The notes: a model not told the origin generated them from the letters alone. A stretch of 37,763 nucleotides of DNA from an uncultured Bacilli bacterium (GCA_904502155.1 CAJGDV010000002.1:1-37763); one strand, 5' to 3'; positions 1 to 9,786 are shown, counted from the stretch's first letter. A program made the numbers and translations.

Positions 1-950
<950 letters not shown>

Positions 951-958
951 CTAAGTCC

Positions 959-1453
959 TTATATTTTTGATTTATATAATACATTTACAATAACTAAACT
1001 TAAAAAATAAAAAATAGATAAAGAATTAATTAATGTAAATAAAAAATAAACAAAATCAGACTTAGTAAAGGTAATAATTAATAATGATAAACCAAATAAA
1101 ATAATATCAACAAAATAATATATTACTACTGATTCTTTTTTTACAATTTTATTAAATATAATACTTATACAACATATTAAATTAATAAATATTGTTAAAT
1201 AAAATAATAGTGAAATAATAAAATAATCAACAAAATAATAAATAATAAAAATTATAAAAGATAATATTAATGACATCAAAAATGTTTTGCTTTTATTTTT
1301 AATAAATCCATTAATATAATATCCTACTAAAACAGCATCAATAACAAATAAATAATAAGAACAATCTACTAAAAATTTATTTATATTAAGACTATAAAGT
1401 AACATAGCAATACCTGTAAAAATTAATATAAAAAACGGCATAAATTTCTTCAT
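959..1453 (-). CDS. Polytopic integral membrane protein of unknown family (164 aa)
   Basis: Complete ORF with a GGAG RBS upstream (tcttaGGAGttgataaaATG). Almost entirely hydrophobic (F/I/L/Y-rich) with about 5 predicted TM segments. I recognise no family motif. Confidence 0.55.
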   Translation of the reverse strand: MKKFMPFFILIFTGIAMLLYSLNINKFLVDCSYYLFVIDAVLVGYYINGFIKNKSKTFLMSLILSFIIFIIYYFVDYFIISLLFYLTIFINLICCISIIFNKIVKKESVVIYYFVDIILFGLSLLIITFTKSDFVYFLFTLINSLSIFYFLSLVIVNVLYKSKI

Positions 1454-1487
1454 TTTATCAACTCCTAAGACAATTATAGCATAAAAA

Positions 1488-1515
1488 AAGATATATTATT
1501 TATTTAATATATCTT
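1488..1515 (-). terminator. Rho-independent terminator downstream of the GT-kinase gene
   Basis: An 11-bp inverted repeat, aagatatatta / taatatatctt, spans the stop codon. On the minus strand it is followed by TTTTTTTAT. Confidence 0.6.
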
Positions 1516-3427
1516 CTATAATATTACTATTTAAAATATATAACCAATCTTCAAAATCATCTTCTGAACCTGTTTGTTCTCTTAAATCAATTTTACCAAT
1601 TTCATATAAATATATTTTTTCTAATATAACTTTTAATAAGTAAAAATTCCAAACATTGATAATATCTATTTTCGTATAATTATCAAATGGTTTTAATATT
1701 TTATTTGCTAATTTTATATCGATTTCACATTTATTTCGGCTCGCATTTAATGCGAATACAACTAAATCATAAAGCTTAGTAAATTCAATTACTTCATCTA
1801 AATCTAATAAAGTAAATTCTCCATTTTCTGACCAAATTAAATTACTTGGTGACATATCTCCATGAACTAATTGTTTTTCATCAAAAATATTATAGTTTTG
1901 AAGTTTCATATATTTTTTTAATAATTCATCAATTACTTCTCTTCTAATTTTTTTAGTTTCCATATTTCTTAATGATTCATAATAAAAATTTACTTTTTCC
2001 ATCATGTTTTCATTTTTAATATTAGATATTTTGTCTATTTTAATAAATTCAATTAATTTTTCAATTTGATCGTTTGAAAGTTTTTTTGTATGTTTTCCTT
2101 CTATATATTCATATATACAAATTGTTGAATTTAAAACTTTCATGAATTTGTTTTCTATTGGCTTAATAATATTTATATTATTTTTATTACATAAATCCAT
2201 AAATGAATTAATAGTATTTTCATTTATATGTTTTTTATATATTTTTATAACATATTTTTTATTATCTGATTCAATTAAATAAACTGAATTAGTTAACTCA
2301 CCTTCTATTTTTTTTAGAGTATTAATTTCTGTTTTAAGGTTTTCTTTAAATAATTCTTTAATTATTTTTTCGTCATATAATTCAATTACTTTTTTATATA
2401 GTTTAATAATATTACTAATATTTGTTTCATTATTAAATTTGTTTTCTATAATTTCCATATTTTGTTTTACTATTAATTTAGATAATTCTTTATTTAAATA
2501 AAGATTTATTATTCTTTCTTTTAAGTTTTCTTCGTCCGTTAAATATTCTTTATTTAAAAGTATTTCATTAATAGCATTATCTTTAAAACTTACAAATGGT
2601 AAACCTGCTTTCATACATTCTAAATAAACATATGATATATCATCATTAACTCTTGGAGTTACTAAAATACTAGCATCATTATAAATGTCATTTAATTCTT
2701 CATTATTAATATTAGAAATAAATTCAATATTTTTTAAATATTTTTTAGGAAGAATTGATTTAATATAACTTGATGAAGACATTTCGTTATATATTGAATC
2801 TTCACCAATAAAAAGAAATTTTACATTTCCAAGTTCATCTATTAAATCTGGAATAATATTAGCCAGTTTAAATACACCATTTTCTTCTGTTAATTTACCA
2901 CAAAATAAAATAGTTTTATTTTTTTCTTTTTTTTCATTCTTATTATAAAATTTATTATTAATAATTTTTGGAATAACTTTAATATTATCTAATTCTAATT
3001 TGTTTTTTAAACAGTTTGTAGATACTGTAACTAAGTCAGCATTATTTAATAATTTCTTTTCCCATCTATTAATTTGTTTATCAGAAGAAGTATATGGTTT
3101 ATATGCCTTTATTATTAATGGTACTTTTCTATCTTTTTCAAAATGAATTGTTAAAGCATTATAATTTGATGCTTCAATAATATCAATTTCACCATTCTTT
3201 TGTAAATCCTTAAGTTTTTCTGCAATTTTATCTTGAAATTCTTCATCTTTTTTTATTGTAATAATTCGAATTCCATTTTCTATCATTTCACAATCATTAT
3301 CACCATTTGTTATAACAGTAATATCAATTTCTTTAGCATATAACTCATTTACTAAAAGACGATAATAGTTTGAAAGTCCATCAACTGTCTCAGTTTTAAA
3401 GTTCTCATTAACTATACATAATTTCAT
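1496..3427 (-). CDS. Fusion protein: N-terminal GT-B (GT1/GT4-like) glycosyltransferase plus C-terminal aminoglycoside/choline-kinase-like (protein-kinase-fold) phosphotransferase
   Basis: 643-aa ORF with a GAGGTG RBS. The N-terminal half looks like a GT-B glycosyltransferase (MKLCIVNENF..., ILFCGKLTEENGV, YLECMKAGLPFVS). The C-terminal ~270 aa carry kinase-fold motifs: YVIKIYKK (ATP lysine), HGDMSPSNLIW (the HGDxxxxN catalytic loop) and LLDLDE (metal-binding). Confidence 0.7.
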   Translation of the reverse strand: MKLCIVNENFKTETVDGLSNYYRLLVNELYAKEIDITVITNGDNDCEMIENGIRIITIKKDEEFQDKIAEKLKDLQKNGEIDIIEASNYNALTIHFEKDRKVPLIIKAYKPYTSSDKQINRWEKKLLNNADLVTVSTNCLKNKLELDNIKVIPKIINNKFYNKNEKKEKNKTILFCGKLTEENGVFKLANIIPDLIDELGNVKFLFIGEDSIYNEMSSSSYIKSILPKKYLKNIEFISNINNEELNDIYNDASILVTPRVNDDISYVYLECMKAGLPFVSFKDNAINEILLNKEYLTDEENLKERIINLYLNKELSKLIVKQNMEIIENKFNNETNISNIIKLYKKVIELYDEKIIKELFKENLKTEINTLKKIEGELTNSVYLIESDNKKYVIKIYKKHINENTINSFMDLCNKNNINIIKPIENKFMKVLNSTICIYEYIEGKHTKKLSNDQIEKLIEFIKIDKISNIKNENMMEKVNFYYESLRNMETKKIRREVIDELLKKYMKLQNYNIFDEKQLVHGDMSPSNLIWSENGEFTLLDLDEVIEFTKLYDLVVFALNASRNKCEIDIKLANKILKPFDNYTKIDIINVWNFYLLKVILEKIYLYEIGKIDLREQTGSEDDFEDWLYILNSNIIEDILNK

Positions 3428-3469
3428 TTAAAACACCTCAATAAAATTTTTCGAGGCTTATTATATCAT

Positions 3470-3504
3470 AAAAATAAAAAAAAGAAAAACGCATTGGTTT
3501 TTCT
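3470..3504 (-). terminator. Rho-independent terminator of the perR-rbr operon
   Basis: Stem agaaaaac (3483-3490) / gtttttct (3497-3504) with a 6-nt loop. On the minus strand it is followed by TTTTTTTTATTTT. Confidence 0.7.
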
Positions 3505-4043
3505 TAGTAATTCATTGCTCTTTGTTCAAAGTAACTTTGTGGGTGAGCACATACTGGACATACTTTTGGAGCTTTTTCTCCATAGTGAACGTGTCCACAG
3601 TTTCTACAAATCCACATAATTTTTTCATCTTTTTCAAATACTGCATTTGTTTCAATATTATTTAATAATTTTCTATATCTTTCTTCATGTTCTTTTTCGA
3701 TTTTTCCTACTTCTCTAAATAAGAATGCAATATGAGCGAATCCTTCATCTTCTGCATCTTTAGCGAATGAATCATACATATCTGTCCATTCATAATTTTC
3801 ACCTTCAGCAGCATCTTTTAAATTATCCATAGTTGATGGAACTTCTCCTCCGTGAAGTAATTTGAACCACATTTTAGCATGTTCTTTTTCATTTCCAGCA
3901 GTTTCTTCAAAAATTGCAGCTATTTGTTCATAACCTTCTTTTTTAGCTTTAGAAGCATAATAAGTATATTTATTTCTTGCTTGACTTTCTCCTGCAAATG
4001 CAGCCATTAAATTTTGTTCTGTTTTAGTTCCTTTTAAATTCAT
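3504..4043 (-). CDS. rbr: Rubrerythrin (di-iron ferritin-like domain plus C-terminal rubredoxin-like CxxC...CxxC)
   Basis: [56 protein letters not shown]... carries the ExxH di-iron motifs. The C-terminus reads [33 protein letters not shown] is present. The gene lies 15 nt downstream of the Fur-family gene. Confidence 0.93.
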   Translation of the reverse strand: MNLKGTKTEQNLMAAFAGESQARNKYTYYASKAKKEGYEQIAAIFEETAGNEKEHAKMWFKLLHGGEVPSTMDNLKDAAEGENYEWTDMYDSFAKDAEDEGFAHIAFLFREVGKIEKEHEERYRKLLNNIETNAVFEKDEKIMWICRNCGHVHYGEKAPKVCPVCAHPQSYFEQRAMNY

Positions 4044-4058
4044 TTTGTATCTCTCCTT

Positions 4059-4433
4059 TTATTTGTTACATTTTTCACATAATCCTGTAAAGATTATTTC
4101 ACTTTTATTTATTTTACATTTATTATTAGTTTCAACAAGTGCTTTTATATCATTTAATAAATTAGCATCTACGTCAAACATATTATTACATTCTATACAA
4201 TATATATGAGCATGATCAATAAGTGTTTTATCATAATGATCTCCGCCATTAGGATTACTTATTTTTCTAATAAAACCATTTTCATATAAAGTATTTAAAT
4301 TACGATATACAGTACCCAAACTAATATTTGGAATTATTTTTCTAGCCCTTTCATATATTGTATTTACATTAGGATGGTCAGTGCTATCTAAAACAATTTT
4401 TAATATTTCTTCTCTTTGTTTAGAATATTTCAT
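4059..4433 (-). CDS. perR: Fur-family metalloregulator, probably the peroxide-stress repressor PerR
   Basis: 124 aa. It has a winged-helix N-terminus (ISLGTVYRNLNTL), an HxH region (DHAHIYC) and two CxxC pairs (CIECNN, CEKCNK). It is co-transcribed with rubrerythrin. A 7-1-7 Fur-type box lies in its own leader. Confidence 0.8.
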   Translation of the reverse strand: MKYSKQREEILKIVLDSTDHPNVNTIYERARKIIPNISLGTVYRNLNTLYENGFIRKISNPNGGDHYDKTLIDHAHIYCIECNNMFDVDANLLNDIKALVETNNKCKINKSEIIFTGLCEKCNK

Positions 4434-4449
4434 GATACACCTCCAAAAG

Positions 4450-4464
4450 TAGTAATAATTACTA
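4450..4464 (-). promoter_or_regulatory. Perfect 7-1-7 inverted repeat, a Fur/PerR-type operator, between the -10 box and the perR RBS
   Basis: TAGTAAT-A-ATTACTA. Compare the Fur-family box architecture TGATAATnATTATCA and the PerR box TTATAATnATTATAA. It is nested inside an outer inverted repeat, AGTAGTA (4448-4454) / TACTACT (4467-4473). Confidence 0.65.
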
Positions 4465-4474
4465 ATACTACTTA

Positions 4475-4503
4475 ATTATAACAAGAAAAAATCCATTTGT
4501 CAA
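4475..4503 (-). promoter_or_regulatory. Sigma-A-type promoter of perR-rbr with consensus -35 and -10 boxes
   Basis: The minus strand reads TTGACA (4503-4498), a 17-nt spacer, then TATAAT (4480-4475). Confidence 0.7.
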
Positions 4504-5166
4504 CTAAAAATGGAATCTTCTTTCAAGTTCTGATGTAACTTGTTTTTTATTAAATATCATAAGTGTTATCATTAAAAACCCACATAATACAACACATGCT
4601 ATTGAAGGCCACGTAATACTAACTTTATTAGTTAATACAAAATAAAGCGGTATCATCCCTATTAAACAATTTATATAAGAATAAATTATATAATCTTTCA
4701 ATAATCTTCTTATAAACAGTCTTAAAATAAAAATTGAAACTATATAGGATATACATACTAATGGTAAAACAAAAGTTATACTCCAGTTATGCCATCCCGT
4801 TATAAAATCCCATAATATAGATGCTATTAAAATAACATTTAATTCAGTAAAAAGAAGTTTTAAAAAATAATTTCTTCTTTGTATAGCAGTTAATAATGTA
4901 GCCCAAAAACATCCTATTGCAGCAATAACAAAATATGACCATGTAAGATGTTTTGAAATAGAATAATTTATAAATATGCATGTTAAAATCCCTGTTACTG
5001 ATATTAACAATAATAATTTATAAAGTAAAGTATGATTGTTATAATTACTCATTATAACTGGAAAAACATCATCTGTTTTTTCCTTACCTTTTAAAGGAGA
5101 TTGGCATAATGGACATTCTTCGACATTAGTATTTATATTTATATTACATTTAAAACACTTTCTCAT
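4504..5166 (-). CDS. Membrane protein with an N-terminal zinc ribbon (CxxC...CxxC) and about 5 TM helices
   Basis: MRKCFKCNININTNVEECPLCQSP is followed by hydrophobic segments. The start overlaps the stop of the upstream acyltransferase gene (5150-5166), suggesting translational coupling. I recall similar proteins annotated as a DUF next to alcohol-acetyltransferase-like genes, but I cannot verify that here. Confidence 0.6.
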   Translation of the reverse strand: MRKCFKCNININTNVEECPLCQSPLKGKEKTDDVFPVIMSNYNNHTLLYKLLLLISVTGILTCIFINYSISKHLTWSYFVIAAIGCFWATLLTAIQRRNYFLKLLFTELNVILIASILWDFITGWHNWSITFVLPLVCISYIVSIFILRLFIRRLLKDYIIYSYINCLIGMIPLYFVLTNKVSITWPSIACVVLCGFLMITLMIFNKKQVTSELERRFHF

Positions 5167-6406
5167 CGTATTCTTCCTCTCCTATTATATTTGTATTAAC
5201 ATTTATTTCAATTCCTTTACTAGTTAAATATCTAACAAAGTTTTTTTGTATTTCGTGGTCTATAAAGTGAGATGTAAATGTTATTACCATTTTATCTTTA
5301 TAAGAACACATGCAAGAACTAATAGAATCAGTACTTATAAATACACCAAATAAATTTATATGTTTTTCAAGTTCTTCTGGAACTTTAATAACACCTATAT
5401 TTGATAAAGACATTGTTTTATTACGATTAGAATTATAATGGAAATATTTTAATACTAAATCTTTTATAAAAATAGGTACTAATCTAATAACAAAAATGTT
5501 TTCTAAATTAGCTAGTGTATTCATACTTTTTTTAAGTTCTTCTTTAGTTAGTTTTTCTTTAAACTGTTTTGATACTTCTTCAAGTATTTGATCAAATTCT
5601 TCATTTTCTCCATTAAATTTATATTCAATATTTATAACATTAAAGAAATTTCTTGCAGTATTTGATGGGAAAAAATTTCTTAAATTTACAGGAACAGAAA
5701 TTATTACTGGTTTTTTCTTATCTTTATAACTCATTGTTTCAGAAATACTTTTAATTAGCAATGTTGTTAAGTATTCAGTAATAGTTTTCCCAGTTTCCTT
5801 AGATAGTTTTAATACTTCTTTTGAAGACATTATTAATTCTAATATTTTTGTCCCGTTTTCAGGATATTTTTTACCATTTATTACATATGCTTTTTTTGAT
5901 TCATTTTTTTGAAATAGTTTTTCTTTTTTATAATATTTTTTGTAACTATCTTTTTCTCTTTCTATAACAGAAATATCATCAACTATTAAATCTTTGCTAA
6001 CTTTATTTTTTATTGTTTCATAGTTACATATTAATACTTTTAAGAAATTAAGAGTTCCTGTTCCATCTGTTAAAGCATGATTAACTTCAACATTAATTCT
6101 TTTCTTATAATAAGAAACTCTAAATAAAAGTCCATCTTTCATTTCTTCACATGGAATACTATTTTCTTCTTTAACTTCAGGTATTATATTAGATGTTTCT
6201 AAATAATACCAAAAAAATCCTTTTTTTAATGTTGATCTAAATAATGGAAATTCCTTTAATGTTTTTTGTAATGCTCTATCTAATATTTTTTGTTCTATGC
6301 ATTCGTTAAGTTCAACATAAAAACGAAAAACTTTAGTATCATTTTTTGTAGAAGTTGGTGGGAATATTTTTGCTGCATTCTCTAGTTTGTACCATCTTTT
6401 ATTCAT
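5150..6406 (-). CDS. HxxxDG acyltransferase of the condensation / alcohol-acetyltransferase / CAT-like superfamily
   Basis: The catalytic motif is VNHALTDGTG (HxxxDG). I place the start at ATG 6406 (MNKRWYKLENAAKIF), preceded by a GGTGA RBS. The ORF-track start at 6415 is a GTG inside that RBS. The ATG overlaps the stop of the esterase gene in the sequence ATGAATAA. Confidence 0.7.
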   Translation of the reverse strand: MNKRWYKLENAAKIFPPTSTKNDTKVFRFYVELNECIEQKILDRALQKTLKEFPLFRSTLKKGFFWYYLETSNIIPEVKEENSIPCEEMKDGLLFRVSYYKKRINVEVNHALTDGTGTLNFLKVLICNYETIKNKVSKDLIVDDISVIEREKDSYKKYYKKEKLFQKNESKKAYVINGKKYPENGTKILELIMSSKEVLKLSKETGKTITEYLTTLLIKSISETMSYKDKKKPVIISVPVNLRNFFPSNTARNFFNVINIEYKFNGENEEFDQILEEVSKQFKEKLTKEELKKSMNTLANLENIFVIRLVPIFIKDLVLKYFHYNSNRNKTMSLSNIGVIKVPEELEKHINLFGVFISTDSISSCMCSYKDKMVITFTSHFIDHEIQKNFVRYLTSKGIEINVNTNIIGEEEYDEKVF

Positions 6407-7313
6407 TATTATCACCTAAAAATTTATTTATAACATTATATGTTTCATTTGTTTCTTCTTTATACATTTTATTAGACATATATGCATGCATTACATTGTA
6501 TTCAATGTGTGTAACTTTATTTTTAGCTTCTTTAAGTTTTTCAACATAATGTCTACCTTCATCACGTAATGGGTCTAAATTACATGTTATAATTAATGAC
6601 TCTGGTAATTTTTTAAAATTATCATCTAATAATGGTGCACAATAAGGATCATATAAATCATCTTCTGTACTAACATACATCATTGTATATTCTTTTAAAA
6701 CTTTTCTTGTCAACATATAATCATATCCATTTTGTATTACAGATTTATATGGTGTTTTTAAAGAATAATCATTTTGTAATGTTGGATATAATAATATCAT
6801 TTTTGAAATTTTAAATTTTCTTTCATCTCTTGATCTATGTGCTATAGCAGCAACTAAATTAGCTCCTGCTGAGTCCCCCATTAAACAAATATCTTTTGTT
6901 TTCAAATTTAAATTTTTAATATTTTTTACAACTAAATATGTTATATCAAAGCAGTCATCAAATCCTGCTGGAAATGGATTTTCTGGCGCTAGTCTATAAT
7001 CTATTAATAATACTATACGATTAGTTTCTTTTGATAGTCTATGACAAAAATTAGTATATGAATCTATACTGCCACTTACCCATCCTCCGCCATGTAGGAA
7101 TATAATGATTTTATGTTCTTTATTATCATTAAAATCATTAAATACTCTAACTTTAATATCTCTATGAGTAAGAGATATTTTAATATCTTCATATTTAGCT
7201 TTTTTATGAATAGGATTTAGTATTTTTTGAAAATTACGATATAATTGTAAATTTTCTTTAACACTAATATCTTTATTTGAAAACTTTTTAACAATTTTAT
7301 AATTTATCTTCAT
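6399..7313 (-). CDS. Alpha/beta-hydrolase esterase/lipase, hormone-sensitive-lipase family (family IV)
   Basis: The motifs are the HGGGW oxyanion motif (IIIFLHGGGWVSGS), the GDSAG nucleophile elbow (GDSAGANL), DPLRDEG (acid residue) and VMHAY (His). I place the start at ATG 7313 (MKINYKIV), preceded by a GGTGA RBS. The track start at 7340 adds 9 aa with no RBS. Confidence 0.85.
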   Translation of the reverse strand: MKINYKIVKKFSNKDISVKENLQLYRNFQKILNPIHKKAKYEDIKISLTHRDIKVRVFNDFNDNKEHKIIIFLHGGGWVSGSIDSYTNFCHRLSKETNRIVLLIDYRLAPENPFPAGFDDCFDITYLVVKNIKNLNLKTKDICLMGDSAGANLVAAIAHRSRDERKFKISKMILLYPTLQNDYSLKTPYKSVIQNGYDYMLTRKVLKEYTMMYVSTEDDLYDPYCAPLLDDNFKKLPESLIITCNLDPLRDEGRHYVEKLKEAKNKVTHIEYNVMHAYMSNKMYKEETNETYNVINKFLGDNNE

Positions 7314-7344
7314 ATTATCACCATTATTAATATTATACAAAATA

Positions 7345-7375
7345 AAATTAAAAAAAGATAGATTTACTCTATCTT
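7345..7375 (-). terminator. Rho-independent terminator after the acidic repeat-protein gene
   Basis: Stem aagatag (7355-7361) / ctatctt (7369-7375). On the minus strand it is followed by TTTTTTAATTTTATTTT. Confidence 0.55.
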
Positions 7376-8583
7376 GTTTTAACTTTTTGCATTACAGGTT
7401 CATCTAAGAAATCCATTGTAAATCCATTTGTAAGTGTTGCTAATAAATCATTTGTTTGATTATTATTAACAATACTATTATCAAATTTAACTAATTCTTC
7501 ATGATTTGGTAGTGAACTTTCTAAGTTACCCATTAAGTCATCTAAATTATTTTCATTTAATAATAAATCATCATTTTTTTCTTCCTTATTATTAATTTCT
7601 GGTAAATTATCTAATAAGTTGTTATCATTTTTTGGTAATTCTTCTAATAATCCATCTAATGCTTCTTCTTTTTCATTATTAAGTTCAGGAAGGTCATTTA
7701 ATAGATCATCATTTTTTGGTAACTCTTCTAATAAACTATCTAATGCTTCATCTTTACTATTATCTTCAAGTATATTTTCTAATAAATCATCATTTTTTGG
7801 TAGTTCTTCTAGTAATCCATCTAACGCTTCTTCTTTTTTATCATTATCTAAAGAAAGATCATTTAATAAATCATCTACTACAATTTCTTCTTTTGGAAGG
7901 TTATCTAATGAATTATTAAGTATTTCATCAGTAATTTTTAATAAGTCATTATTATTTTCTTTTTGTAAACTTTCTAATAATGAATCATCAATTATTAAAT
8001 CATTATTATTGTTATTTATTTCATCACCAATAGGTAATTCGTCTAACATATTTTTATTAGGAATTTCATCTAACATTCCTACAGGTAATTCACTTAACAT
8101 ATTACTCAAATCAAATGTTTTTTCTAGTTCATCAGATGTATCATCAATAATTTCTTCTTTAACTTCATCTATAATTTCGTCAGAAATAATTTCTTCTGAT
8201 ATTATTTCTTCTTCGATATCATCAATAATTTCTTCTTTTTCAAAAATAGGTTCTTCAATAATTTCTTCTTTTTCAAAAATAGGTTCTTCAATAATTATTT
8301 CGTTATCATTTATTATTTCATCTTCTTCTTCTTCAATTAGTGGAATTTCAATACCAGTAATTGGTTCACCTAAATAAATTTGTCTTGCTGTAAGTGATGC
8401 TACATCATATGGTAACTGATTATTTATATACATAGCTCTATTTGCTAAATCTCTTACGATATCAATATCCATTAGCATTTTAATTTCATCGCTAAGAACA
8501 TTATTATAACTCATATACCTAGTTTCTCTAATTCGTTCTTTGAACTCATTATTACTAGGCGTTATATACGTATTAAGTTCCAT
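7369..8583 (-). CDS. Highly acidic (D/E/L/N-rich) tandem-repeat protein of unknown function (404 aa)
   Basis: GAGGTG RBS. It has a globular-looking ~85-aa N-terminus followed by an acidic low-complexity region with internal repeats: IIEEPIFEKEE twice and EALDGLLEELPKNDDLL three times. There is no signal peptide or TM segment. Confidence 0.6.
   Translation of the reverse strand: MELNTYITPSNNEFKERIRETRYMSYNNVLSDEIKMLMDIDIVRDLANRAMYINNQLPYDVASLTARQIYLGEPITGIEIPLIEEEEDEIINDNEIIIEEPIFEKEEIIEEPIFEKEEIIDDIEEEIISEEIISDEIIDEVKEEIIDDTSDELEKTFDLSNMLSELPVGMLDEIPNKNMLDELPIGDEINNNNNDLIIDDSLLESLQKENNNDLLKITDEILNNSLDNLPKEEIVVDDLLNDLSLDNDKKEEALDGLLEELPKNDDLLENILEDNSKDEALDSLLEELPKNDDLLNDLPELNNEKEEALDGLLEELPKNDNNLLDNLPEINNKEEKNDDLLLNENNLDDLMGNLESSLPNHEELVKFDNSIVNNNQTNDLLATLTNGFTMDFLDEPVMQKVKTR
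7600..7850 (-). repeat. Three in-frame tandem repeats with a period of 81-84 bp (27-28 aa), core EALDGLLEELPKNDDLL
   Basis: The core ttttttggtaaNtcttctaataaNcNatctaaNgcttc recurs, starting at 7628, 7712 and 7793. Confidence 0.8.
8223..8288 (-). repeat. Perfect 33-bp tandem duplication (2 copies) encoding IIEEPIFEKEE
   Basis: caataatttcttctttttcaaaaataggttctt occurs at 8223-8255 and again at 8256-8288. Confidence 0.9.
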
Positions 8584-8676
8584 ATGTTCACCTCTTTATA
8601 TTCTCCTACTATAATACTATTATACCAATAAAATTAAATTTTGTATAGCAAAAATTTATTTACAAAAAAAAGATGA

Positions 8677-8961
8677 TTAATCATCATCTCTTACTTTAGC
8701 TCTATGGATTTTACTTTTTATAATATCTAAATCATAAAGCATACCATATACTACTCTTATTGCAATAACTAATGCTACAAAATCCAATGCATAAATAGCA
8801 TATTTTATAATCATAAACATTTGATCGTCTGGATCAGCATTAATTCCTGTTAAGAAAATAAAACTTGCAAATAATAAAATACATGGTGCTAATAATTTTA
8901 ATATACCATCTTTAATAATTTCCATATTTTTCTTTGATTTTATAAAAAATCCATTTGACAT
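8677..8961 (-). CDS. Small membrane protein (94 aa, 2 TM segments)
   Basis: GGTGG RBS and two hydrophobic segments. A short palindrome, gatgattaatcatc (8672-8685), followed by a U-tract on the minus strand could act as a weak terminator. Confidence 0.5.
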   Translation of the reverse strand: MSNGFFIKSKKNMEIIKDGILKLLAPCILLFASFIFLTGINADPDDQMFMIIKYAIYALDFVALVIAIRVVYGMLYDLDIIKSKIHRAKVRDDD

Positions 8962-8976
8962 AATTCCACCTACAAT

Positions 8977-9774
8977 TTATTTTTTTGCTAAGTCTTTAAT
9001 TTTGTTATAAACTAAATCATTATCTTCTGAAACGATATATACTAAATAATCGCCTAATTTTTCAAATTTTCTATTTTTTACTAATTCATATTGATCTGGT
9101 AAATATGTTTTCCATTGTTCTTCTAGATCAACCATATATTTATCTACTGCCTTTTGAACATCTTCTAAATTTTCTTTTTTAGGCTTAATAATAAAATATA
9201 AATTAGAATTTACTATAATAGCTGAATTCATTACTAATGATTCTTCAACCCAAGATTCTTTTACACCCATTAAATTTTCTAAATCAGGTTTTTTAATTTC
9301 TATTAATGATTGGAAAATTGGTGATTTAGAATCTTTTATTCTTTTCATCATTTCTTCTGGTTTGTTTCCAATTACATATATTAAATAATCTTGATATTTT
9401 TCATATTTAGTTTCTAGTTTTTGTTTTTTAGTATATTTTTCCATGATATCTATAATTTTTTCTTCAGAACCTGCTTGTTGAACTGGTTTAATAACAACAT
9501 ATTTTTCTTCAGTTTCGCTATTTTTTCTAGCAATAATTTGATCAAAATATTCATATGTTAATCCAAATTCTTCTTCCGTATCATAAATATCTTCATCATA
9601 AAAATATTCATTGTTTTCTGCTGATAATTGTATTGCGTTAAAACTAAATTTATCATTTGTTAATTTTTCTAATTCTGTTTGTACTTCATCAAGATTTAAT
9701 TCTACTTTATTTCCACATCCAGTAAATGTGAAAATACTTAAAAACGCTAAGCACATAATTAGGCTTTTCTTCAT
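8977..9774 (-). CDS. Lipoprotein with an internally duplicated domain
   Basis: Signal peptide with a lipobox (MKKSLIMCLAFLSIFTFTGC). GGAGA RBS. The two halves end similarly: YLIYVIGNKPEEMMKRIKD and YLVYIVSEDNDLVYNKIKD. Confidence 0.7.
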   Translation of the reverse strand: MKKSLIMCLAFLSIFTFTGCGNKVELNLDEVQTELEKLTNDKFSFNAIQLSAENNEYFYDEDIYDTEEEFGLTYEYFDQIIARKNSETEEKYVVIKPVQQAGSEEKIIDIMEKYTKKQKLETKYEKYQDYLIYVIGNKPEEMMKRIKDSKSPIFQSLIEIKKPDLENLMGVKESWVEESLVMNSAIIVNSNLYFIIKPKKENLEDVQKAVDKYMVDLEEQWKTYLPDQYELVKNRKFEKLGDYLVYIVSEDNDLVYNKIKDLAKK

Positions 9775-9786
9775 ATTTTTTCTCCT

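Noticed and set aside
7619-8377. A 252-aa Ser/Phe/Asn-rich plus-strand ORF, and the nested 67-aa ORF at 7716-7919.
   Set aside because: This is the antisense shadow of the GAA/GAT-rich acidic repeat gene (TTC and ATC codons read as Ser, Phe and Ile). It has no RBS and is pure low complexity. The minus-strand frame has a proper RBS and a terminator.
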